Shown piece by piece: positions 39,301 through 51,300 of a stretch of DNA of 64,000 nt. The stretch is taken from NCBI GenBank assembly GCA_963924565.1, contig OZ004608.1, forward strand, positions 7,688,001-7,752,000, in the 5' to 3' direction. How positions within the stretch are numbered: position 1 is the first letter of the stretch; each line of letters begins with the position of its first letter. Source of the DNA: Ascidiella aspersa (lineage: Eukaryota). A model generated the notes under the pieces. That model ran no database searches and was not told the origin of the DNA. It worked only from the letters and a program-made list of their open reading frames with translations. The position numbers and the translations under genes were made by a program.

Positions 39301-42300
39301 TCCACTTGGTATCGGATATCGGCTTTCATCCTAATTTATCAACCATCCGTAACCTATACGATTATAATACTTTAATCTGTAATGTAGCCGTTCGCAAATT
39401 AGGTGTTTATCGAATCAATTATAGCAGGCGTCAGTTAACTGACCAGCTGGTGTTGTGATGGTCCTGTGTTTTGCGAGGAGGAATCAAAGTAGATGCCGCC
39501 TCCATTCCCTCCCTGCTGTTGCTGCTGTTGTTGCTCCTGGCCGCCAGCGAACAACTGGTTGTTGGTGTCTGAGTACTGGAATGTGTTGGCTCTGCACAAA
39601 ACGACGGAATGCTTAGTTGAGTTAGTACTGCTGGTGAATTAGACGGTTTAGTTGTTTAAATTGGAGTTGGAAATATTAAGGTTGAATAAGACCAGGAAAT
39701 TGGAATTCTTGATAGATACTGGGATGACAAACTAGTATACTTGGAAAACGTTGTCATGTAATCAATGAACAAATAAAGTTGCGTTTGCTATTCAGTTAAG
39801 TATCGGATTGGGAAAATAGTTTTGGAAGCCTGGTAAATTGGAACACTTCTTTTCAAAGTTTTGGTAATCAGAATGCTTATTTTAGTACTGGTATATATGT
39901 ATATTGTATATATATATACTTGTGATTTAAAATGTCTAGTTGTGTGAGTGCAATACAAAGTTAAGGTGTAAAAGTTCAAAAAAAAAATAAATAAAAAGCT
40001 TATTTAAATAAGTATTGGGGCCGGAAAGGTTGTACAAAACGACGGAACTCTTAACCCAGTGGTTCTCGAACTTTTTTGAAATTAATATTTGCACGGCAAA
40101 CCGCTTTGTACGGGTTTAATAATTCACAGTCCGCTTTTTAAAAAAAGATACAGAACTTGAAAGAATACTGTACCAAGCGAACTGTGTAAACTGATAAAAA
40201 TCACAATAGCAACCAATATTAATTAAGTTTAATAATGTGGGTAATGCATTGATTTGCTTTACTTTGCTGAATTAATCCTTTTGTTTCAACAAACGGTTCT
40301 GTGAGACTACTTACCCAAGTGTTTCTTAACTCATAGGTCACGACCCTGGATTTGGCTGCTGTTTGAATTAATTGGGTCACCGACTGCAGTAGTATTATGT
40401 GGTTAGATTTTTTGAGATTGATTCTCTCTTCTCAGAAAGTGTTCACCAACATTCGAGAAAGCAAGTAGCTCATAGTAATTAAATTTGGCCGAGTATTGCA
40501 GTCTGCTAAGTTGGATAAGTTAAAAAATTGGTATGCTAAGCTCATAGGAAGGTAATAAGAAAATATAGGTAACTTCTAGGGCAGACCTGGGCAAACAACG
40601 GCCCGCGGGATGGGTCCGGCCAGCGAAGAAATTTAATCCAACCTACGTCTTACTTTTCATAAACTATTTTTTAGTAAAATAACCCTCTACGTTTTGTGTT
40701 GCCTTCAATTTAAAATATTTTATTGAATAAATTACACTTGTAAGTCGATCCACATCTTCATACTCTTTTTAAGAAAACTAATCACTATTTCTTTCAAAAT
40801 CTCCCGTCAGAACATAATCTGTTTCTCATGCAGCGCTTGGTAAGTACAAAGAAAAATTAACTGGAAATCTGGTCTACTAAATGCTTGAGCCGAGGCGATA
40901 TAACCCAAGTATACACTCCTGTGTAAAGTAGACTCTTAAACAAACAACGTGAAACAGGGCTAAATGCAGACGAAGCAACGAGAGAAGCGACGAAGTGTGG
41001 AGGGTGCCGGTTTCGATTCTCTACTCTTCGCGGCCGCGCTACAATCACAATCGGAAAAACACAAAAGTCCTCGACTCACGTGGAACCATTCGGGTATCCG
41101 TGGTCGGCGCTGGAGTCGACAAACTGCAGCTGGTTGGACTGGTAGATGGGCTGCAAGACAAAAAAACGGCGGTTGGTATAAGTGATAAGTTTAAGTTTTG
41201 TTTGACCAATTTGATACTTAATTGACGGGGTTTCTTCCACCGTTGGGTATGTCATGCCATTTTTTCCCAAGGCAACACTGGGTTTTGGGGGGCAGTAAAT
41301 ACTAAAATAACATTGACATATGCGCAGTTTAACCCTGGCCCTACCACCAGCTCCTCAAACGGAGATTAAATGGGTCTAAACATTACTGACATTTTAGCTA
41401 TTACTGGCCTACTTTTTGGCCAATGGAAAGAAAACTGCCACTTCACATTCACCCCTTACTTTACTTTTTACTTTACTTCAGTTAGTAAAAAAGTAATTAA
41501 AAAACTTTCAAATTGGCATATGAAACGACTGTTTTTTTTAATATTTTTTATTTTTCTTGAGCATTTTCGTATTTTTCGGTGCAAGGGTGCGTACATACAG
41601 GGGTATTATTAAAAATATACAGATGTTTTTTTAAAAGCTTACTCACAGAAAAAGCATTCATATTTGTAATCTCTGTTCATCTGTAATCACTTGCTTTATG
41701 GCAGATTTAAGATTTTTTAAATGGAGAATAGCACTTAAAATAGGAATGCACAATAATTTAAAAATACACATGCTGTTTTTTCATATGGGTGAAAAAAAGT
41801 TTAACAACGAGGGCATAGTCGTTAAAAAGTATCTGTATACAGATTATTTACAAAAAAAGTTTTGTTTTAATCAAAAGGCGTACATCTCTGGAACATTCAG
41901 TTAAAACCTCAGGAATTTTAGAGTAGTTCTGGTGTTAGGTCGTTGTAAAGAAGTGCTACATACATGTTTTTTGTGTTATACCGTTTTGGGGATCTAGCAA
42001 AGCAGGTAAGGTACAGGTTCTCGCTTAACGTATCGTGACTGCAAATAAACATAGCAAAAATGGCAAACCCAGTCAAGTTTAAACATTATGGGTAGAACCG
42101 ATTTTACTTGCAACTGGCCATTTAGGCGCATTAGGTTTCGTGTCGGCCGCATGTAAATAAAGAAAACACCAACTCAAGGTGCCGCTTACAGCACAATTGC
42201 CATAGAAAGCTTTATGGGTATTGAAAAACGGGGTTGTTCATATTTGCATAAGAATTGTGTTGTCGTTACTAATCGAGGTCAAACAAAGGCTATAGGACAA

Positions 42301-45300
42301 AAAAGTCCGAAATATTTCGCTCAATTTAACCAATTTTTCGCCGGGTATGACAACGTTTAACCCCTTGAGGCATTTATTTATTATTATTTAATAAGTTACG
42401 GAAAATGGGCAAAAAACTCCTTGAATGCCAATATTTTAACAATATTTGCACAGATTTAAACCAATGTAGAAATTGTTTCCAAAATGTTAACTTTTCCAGC
42501 AAGAAGGTGTGAGAATTTGAACATTAGCACACCTTCAGTTAGAAAAACGAATAATGAAAAATTATCATCTTGTTATTTAAGAACGGGCATCTTTGACTTA
42601 GTTTCATACGCAACAAACAGACAAATCACAACTTATGTGAAAAAAAATCATTTTTATGTCACTTTTAAAATTCAGAACAGTAGTGGTGCCGATTTTGTTA
42701 GACAAAGTGTCAAAAGACCAGTAAGTGCAAAACGTCTTTAATAATCACACAAGATGTCGCTGCTAAAAATAAAATGAAAATCCATATATCGTGGTGTGGA
42801 ATCCTTGCTATCATTTTAAGTTCTGTGCTTACCTGTTGAGAAGATGCCACGTGGATTTGTGGTCTCTGTTGTGGATTGGTGACCTACGAGCAAAAGGAAA
42901 TAGTTATTTGATGTAAGCTACTGTGTTTTGTTGGCCTTGGGGCTCTAATAAATCAACTTTTAGGTTTTTTGCTACTTTTCGGATTTCTATCTTAAAGTTG
43001 TATTCAGAGTCGGCGCTAAACCAGGTTAATCACAATATTGTCTTGTTTAATGTAAGACGATTTACATTTAAAAATATTTCAGAGGCGTTTATTATTTTTT
43101 ATAACAAACAGGCGTTTCTAGCTTACTTTTATACAGAACCTTTGAAAACAATACAGTCGTATTTCTAGTCTAACTGCATCGCGTTTAAACTGAATCGCAT
43201 AAAAACTACTGGGTGCAACAAAAAATCAAACAAAAACGTGCACAAAAAAAAACAAAAACATATTAAACAAGTCGCAAAACAACTATTTCACAACAAAACC
43301 GACAGCTAAAACAAAACGAACAAAAAACTACAAAAACAAACCAAAAAATCGTGCAAAAACAAAAGCAAATCGATAAAGAATGTCGACCCGAATGACCTTG
43401 ACGGGAGGAAAGACTGGCGACTCGCACAATTCCTGCTTGACCTCTGACCCCTCGAACGCTGACCCCTCGTCCTCGCTTGACCTTTTCACTACGCACCTGA
43501 TTATTACTGACCTTGTCCTCGGCGTCTTTGCGTAAACAACATCGTTCTGTTTTTGATTTATTGAGTCGTATTAATATTTCTCGTATCTCATTAGTAACAG
43601 GGTTGCAATTAAAATTTACTTTCTAAAGTTTGAAAAACCTCAGACTTGAATTGTCTTTTTCTTTTCTGTTACATTTTTAGTGTTAACCATCTGACTAAGA
43701 AAACTGAAAATTCCGGACTCCCTTTTGCTTTCTGCTACGACTCTGGACTATTGTCAACCGTAAAGTAAGCGTTTTAGTTATGGAAAAATCAGAAAGATAA
43801 CATAAACTTGCTGGTTATTTGCTAATCAAGTGTACTATAATTTCTAATACAGTGTAGCCTACTGCTTTTTTCTGCAATATTCATTAGTTTGGCGTTGTTT
43901 TGCAACAGACTCGGATTATTTCCAACATCTAAAAGCCATGTGTTCAACCATAAACAAATAACTTAATTTGATATACCGCCGAACATTGAAGGTCGCCTGA
44001 AAAACCAACTGATTAGTCTGACACAAAAACTGTCAAAATAACTGGTGTATTTTCCTCTGGCAGTGCGAAAAAAAATCTTTATTTTCTTTGCGTTACGGCT
44101 TTGTGCTAGTATTCGGCAACTCTCAGTCCAAATAATGCTGTCGTCCTATCGGATCTTTGTAACTTTTGACAATCAGATCGTCTACAAATACACTTAGACA
44201 TTAATTTTCACATGTAAAATAAAAAAAATCGTCAGTTGTAGATTGTATACACCAGGGATGTCCAACATTTTATTATAGTGGGCCGCATTGACACTTGAAA
44301 TAATTAAATGGGCCGCAGAACCTATTAAGTTTCAAGATTAAGTATTGGCCTTTAGAGTTATAACGGGTATTGGCCTTTAGAGTTATTACTACTTGGGAGT
44401 GGAAATGACTAGGGGGCCGCACAAAAATTTCCCGCGGGCCGCAGGTTAGACATCCCTGCTGGTATACACTCTCGGGCACATGCTTTGCGTGACACAACTA
44501 AACCGCTAAACATGAACAAGCAAGCAAGTAATCGGTCAAAACGCTACAATCTGTTGAGCCACAACCACACCAGGCCGAAATCATAAAACAAAGACCATAC
44601 AACGAGAACCACAGCTAAAGCTAAATGCAGCCAAGTTATGATGGCAATGGCTGGTTTAGTTGTATTAGTCGTATAAATGCTTGTTAGGCTTATTACATGC
44701 CGCTATAAAACCGCATAAGACAAAAGGGTTAAGGAATGCGTCATAACAAAAAATGTCTTGTTTCAAATTTAAATTTAGACATGCAACCGGCTAGTATAAC
44801 AACAAAATCAGATGTAGTCAAGATATTAGTATTACTTCAACCGCGTAGCATTTTTCAACAGTGAGCATATTTCTAAAATATGAAATTAATCGAACTCGGG
44901 TAAGTGCAAGAGACGCTTACTCGTTAACGGCGATTTTTTTTTTCAAACTTTTCTACACTTAAAAATAATTTAGGTAAGTGAGGGTAAGCATTTTTTAGTA
45001 AACCTACCCGGAACCATACTTGGCACTTTCGGCTGATTATTATAGCCACCAAGGCTATTCGTAAAATAAAAACTCGGGCGAACTTTGGTACTAGTATTGT
45101 CAGCAAGCCTGTTTCTGAAGCAAACTCGGCATGTGTGCGTACGGGTCGGGTGAGTACGCCCAATATGCTTACCCTAAAATTCGAATGTAGTTGCAAGCGA
45201 GTAATTTCAGCATGTTTACTCACAAGTCGTACATTCAAGAATGCCTACTCGAAACTCAAACTCGGTGGGCGCGAGTGATGTATTTAAGCATGCCTACTAA

Positions 45301-48300
45301 AAAATTAAACTCAACGAGTACGGGTGAGTAATTTGCTAAAAAAATCACACTCGGTGAGTAACATTCAGGGCAAAAAACAAGCAAGCAAAACAGCCACTAC
45401 AGGGACGAGTAGCGAGTAGCTAGTGGGCGGTGCTTACTCGTTTCAGGTTGAGATTGATGAGGTTGGATCCGGTGAGTACTCGCGACGGGGTCTGAACGCT
45501 GATGCGAGTCTGTGAAGAAGGAAGGCGCCCGAATAACAAGTGCTCGGCAGTATGGGGAGGCGAGCCCGCCTTAGGCGGCTTACTGCCAATGGTAAGGTCC
45601 ATGGCTTGCTGTAGAGCGTTGCTGCCGGTGCTGTTACTGCTGGTTGCGTAACCGGCAGTTCGGCAAGGCATCGGGCCACGGCTCTGACTCCGTTTCGTGC
45701 GTGTGTGTGTGCTTTGTGGCTGGGCGTTGTTTTTTTCAGGTAAAGTCTCGTGCAGCCTTGGGCAGTTTCAAACAAACGGCTTTGCAGATGTTTTTCTGTT
45801 TTTTAAATTACCTATAGGACTGCGGTAGCTGAAATGGCTATGCGGACAACACACGATTGTTTTAGAGCGGTTATTCTTGGGTTAAATTGCACAATTTTAT
45901 AGGGGGATAATTTCGACAATGACATGAGTTTCTATTGTTCACTGCTAAAAACAAAAGCCTATATACAAAACAAAAGCTAATAACAGTGCTTGAGTTTTGT
46001 TCAGACTTGTACGGTAATAGGACATTTTAGGGGGTTATATTCACATTTCCAGTCATTTGTTTGGAAAAAATGCAAAAAAGCGGGATATTTAAGAGCGAAA
46101 GTCATTTTCAGGGTGAATGACTTTCAAAAGGCGAAGAACTCCACTTTTAGAGATTTGGGGCAGCATTTAAGCACACGGCGTCGCGTTCTTTATTTTTCGC
46201 ACGATTTCGATTTTAAAGTGGGAAAGCCCCTTAAACGGTTTCAAACTCGGCAGTTTTTTGTTTTACAAATCACAGACAAAGAGCAACCGTCAACAACCAT
46301 TTACTTCGAGCCTTTGCGGCAACTTTAAACAAATGGCGTCTTATCCTTTGTTTTTACTCGGTTTTAATTCATGGGGCAATAAAGCGACTGTAAAAATCTT
46401 TGATAAATCGCCTGGCAGTTTTGTCACAGCTATCACAACGCCTGGTAGCTTAAAGAGCTATACGGTCAATAAAACGTTTGTTTTACAGCTTCGAAGCAAC
46501 GTTTAAACACAAAGCGACTGGTGTCTGCTGCCTAAACAAACACCTACATTTGCTGAACTCTGTACAACGGGCGCGGATAACCAATTGTTTTTTTAAAGGT
46601 TTGGCTTTGCTGAACGCTTGAGAAATTAACTGAGTTAAAACTGAAATCTGACTGGGGATGGTCTAAATAGCTATTTTGTTTTATTTATTTTTAATAATAA
46701 AGAGCAACTGCTACAATACTGCTGTAGTTGCATAAGTGTATATTTAGATACCACCAGAGATATGATACAACATTTTGCCTTACCAAACATTATAAATACC
46801 CACTGGATTTCTCAACGAATGTCGTAAATCAATGTTCTGCAGCCCGCTGGTTTGATTCAATAGATTGTCTAGCGTGCCATGAACAATTTGGAAAATAATA
46901 TATTTGTATTGAAAATAGGTGTACACGCAAGACGCAGGTATTTCAGACTTGAATAGGCACATTCCATTACAAACTTGATATAAATACATCTACATACAGT
47001 TTGTCGTGCTTTAAGGGCGATTGTAAATTTACTATATTGTTTTTGGGTAAATGTGTGCTAAAAATGTTTGAGAACCACTGACGTATAGCTCGCGGCTTTG
47101 CTTAATCGAAGAAATCCCTGCCAAACAACTGGTTCCCAAAGCGGACATCGCAATTAATCTCGGAAACATTGTACGAGCGACCAAAATCTGTTAGAATTAA
47201 ATTAAGGTTCTACATTCTGGCTTCAAAAAGCTGACGTCATCAAACACACTATCTAAACTCTAGCAAATGGTTGATAACGTTCAACACTACAACAAATAAA
47301 CTTGCCATGCAGCACTTTGCCTGTCGCCTACCAAGATCAGAGTACCAACTAAACCCGAACACCTGTGGGCTAGAGCCGCGCTGCCAGGTTGAATTTCGCT
47401 GAGGGCAAGGACCTGGTGTTCTCTACTGAACTAGTAAGAAGGGCCGGAAAAAAACAGTGGGAATTTGAGCCCTGGTGTTGTAGGGAGGGGTGGAAACACG
47501 TTAACAAGTTTAAATATTTTGGAGCAAAATGGTTGGAGTTTGTAGTAGGACGAAATAAAAATATCGAAGCTCATACAGAAGTAGGTATCACTTTGAACGT
47601 TTCGAATAACTTTTTTTCTCTTCAACAAGTTTAAGAAGCTTATTTAGCCTTTCAATGGTCGTTCGAAAGCAATGGAAATGATCATTTTACAATTTAAAAA
47701 AAGTGTTGAGTAGTTTTTTTTTAATAGAGAGACTCTTATAAGCGTATTTTGCTGCCTAATTATGCCCGTGTCATATCAAACACCAGTTTGTACGAACACA
47801 GGCAAAGCACCACCAGTCGACTTCCAACGAGAGGGCAGAGTGCTGGCGTAAAGGCCAAAGCAAACTTACAACGCAAACACACTCGAAATGGACCTAAAGA
47901 GCGCGTCTGATTAAACAAATCGCGTGGGCCTGTGGATCTATGCGAGCGGCTTGCTGCGGTGGTTTTGGTCTGCCTTTGAGTTTAAGGCTTCCTATTGCGG
48001 GTGAATTTGAATCGAAACGGCCCGGCGTTGTCTCTTTTGTATGTCGCGGATATTCGTCGCGCTATTAAGGTTTTATCAGTAGCACACCGCTACTTCGGCG
48101 TTAGAAATTCGGGCCTTTAAAAGTAAACCAGCGGATCATAAACACTTTAATATCGTTTTCCTGAGAAGAACGTTACGGGTTTTAATTGTCCCGTTTCTAA
48201 AAATCTTCCTCACTATGATCTGATATGATAACATTTTAAATTCAAAATTTGACATTGGGATAATATAATAAGATTAGTATCATTTGAATTGAATTGGAAT

Positions 48301-51300
48301 ACTACTTATACTATGACGCGGTCAAAAGAAAACACATTTAAATTTTGTCCAAATTGCCCCTTAAAATAAGCAAATTAGCCCTATTAAGGTAAGGCATATA
48401 TTTAAAAAAGTCGCTGTACTAAACGTTTGGTAAGTTTTGTAGTTAATACACCACAAAACTATAAACGCGTTGGCTGTTTTTCTGTTACTGCAATGAAGTC
48501 TAATAATTACACACACAACTTTACTCGATTTTTCGCACTTGCAAGAAAATCTTATCCTGTTCTGAGCATCTAGCTGTGTGCCTAAACGAGCAAAAAACGA
48601 CGTTTCTTTAAACCTGAGTTCTCGACAGAGGCAACTCGTCACTAGAAAAATTCAAACCGACGACCGAAACCCAACACGCGCGGCGTATTGTCTTATACAG
48701 TCGGGCGCACTACGACAGGACAAAACACGCACACAGGCTCCACAAACGACGGCCGTGACACAAAGTGCCATTCATCAAAGAGAGAATAAGCGAGAGAGTG
48801 GGAGAAAAAGGGGAAAAACGAGAACCCTCGCCGGTCACAATAGACAAAAAAGCTAGCTAGGCAAATACCGTTGCCGGGACCCTTGTGGCCAATAAAAGCA
48901 GCGCACGCCGTCGCCTGACAACCGCTTATCAATTGACATGGCAGCGCGAATCGAGTTGCCTGGCAACGGCGTTTCCCTGCCCACAACAGTTGGGCCGGCG
49001 GGGGGGCCTGTAAATACAAAAGAACCGACAGCGAGAGGGCGACGGCCTTTAGAGGGAATTTTGCTGCGCGCAAATAGAAAAGGGCCTCGTTTATTAAACA
49101 AGAAACAATCAAAGAAAAACCGCCGATTGCAAAATCTGAAAGCTGGAATTTGAAAGTCTCGTCAAACGCGAAAAGGGATATTTTGTTAGGATTCCTTGCA
49201 TTGCAGAAATCGGAACACCCAGAATTAAAATGGCCGACTTTGATTAATTTTCATAAAAAGGGCAAAAACACTTTTTAGGAAAATAATCAAAAATTGTCCA
49301 ATTACCAAACAAGAAAAGTTTGTGTTAACAAGTCCAAATATTTGCAAAAAGTCCAAACTATTCCAAACAAATATGCGTCTAAATTATTTAATATCAGAAA
49401 CAAGCGAAAAACTCGCAGAAGGAATTAGATATTAGGTCAAAAATGCGTTTGAAAAACAAACTTTAAGTGGTAGCAACTGAGCGACACAAAAATGAAATAT
49501 GACAGCTAGGGCCATAAAAGTGTCGCGTTGCCAGGCAACGGACGACACAAGCGCACCGCGCGCCCGGTTGCCATGGGCGACAAGGAACGCGTTTGGCCGT
49601 CGCTAAGGACGGAGTCTTTTTGTGCAAACACTTCAAATACTTGCGAAGGAACGGTAATGTATCTTTTCATCCTTTAGTTCCGTTTGTGGTTTTCGTGCTG
49701 AACAAAATGTACGTTTTTTTCGGAAAAGCGGTGACAGTTTCGAACCTTGCTGTCTCAGGGAGGGGGACAAGCAAACTAACCGGGTAAAAAAAGTAACAAA
49801 ATTCGTTTTTTAAATGGCCAAGAGCAACAAAAAAAATGTTTTTCATTATTTTCGCATTTTTTTTACCCGAAGACTCCTAAAGGTGTGTTTTGCTGCAAAA
49901 TATTTCGCGTGGCTTACGATTTGTATAAATTAAAAAGAAAATAACTCAATCCATGTGGTTTATAAAAACACCCTAAGACTTTTGTAGCCTTGCAATGGTC
50001 GAGATTTACATTTTTAATTTTTTTTTGTAAGGTCATTTTTTGATACGGAGACTCAAGTGTTTATTTTGCTGCACAATTTCACCCGTTTCATATCGAAAAC
50101 CAATTTGTATAAATTAGAAAACAAAAGTTTATTCATGTGGTGTATTTGCTGGGGTTTGTAAGTTAAGGGGTTTCGAAACTTAAATTATTAAAGATAAATT
50201 AGATCTTACTAGGGAATAGATACAAACATTAAAAGTGGAACAACAGCAGTAAAACGAAATTGATAACTATTTATCTTAAAATTTGAATTGTTCGGACTGT
50301 TATCTGCATTTTAAACCTAAACCAATTTAAAAAAAATATTTAAAAAAACATTGATTTTTTATTTGAAATTAAAAACCAAACATAACTTTGAGTGTTTAAA
50401 AGCCGCACGTTTTTATACCAAAATTGTTAGTAGAAATGTATTCCGGCCCGCCGAGAACTTGCTTAGTTAGGTTTGGCCCGCAATTAGAAAAAGGTTGCCG
50501 ACCCCTCTGATCTATGTCAACAGGATATGAAGGACAAAAAACCAACAAAAAACAATCATAGCGAAATTTTTAGCTGACTGCTAAAAAGTTTTCGGCACAC
50601 TTCTTTATGAAAAAGTGAGATTTTCGCAACAAGAAAATTGCTGGAATTTTCGGAGGATGTGCTTTTTTGATACGAGTTGCGTTCCGATAAGCACAATAGT
50701 TGCGTGTTACATGGCAAGTAAAACAAGAAGACGGGATGTATCAAATTTTCTATCGAATAAAAAAAATTGCCCAAATGCAATGGCGAAAATTCTGGTTGCA
50801 AATTAAGCGATAAGTCAAACTAAGAAACCGAAATTCAGTTTTGTTTTGATTGTTTTTTATTAGATACTGATATTGCTCTTATGAGAGATATTGGTATTGC
50901 TCTCTATTTAGCTATACATACATCAAAACAAGATGAATTACGGCTATCAATTTTTGTACATCGTTTGAGCACAAAGACGAGATGTAATTAAAATTTACAC
51001 ACCGTTGTATTCTTCCACGATTGCGTTTAATTTACAGCTTAAAAAACAGGTAATTTAAATTTTGTGCGTGATGGCCTTGGTATATACGACCTGTTTTACC
51101 GATCATCGTTCAGAGATTATTTTCGCAATATTTGACTATTTCATCCTAAAAAAAGTATACTATTTTTAATAAAACCGGAATGTTTTTTAAGTTTAATCTG
51201 GAATTCGATGTTAAGTAAAACAATTTGCACAGCATAGCTAAATTTAAATTAAAACGGTCGTAGAATCCTGCAAAAATAATTGCTCTCGCATACCGTCTAG

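Noticed and set aside
40940-41045. GC-rich block just after the 41080 donor as an extra exon
   Set aside because: The nearest acceptor would give an intron of only about 41 nt and an in-frame stop; no frame-preserving micro-exon was found. It may be regulatory.
43263-43496. [14 protein letters not shown]... as the RFX exon frame
   Set aside because: GTG start, runs into low-complexity T-rich sequence, and would end in phase 1 at the donor, incompatible with the next exon.
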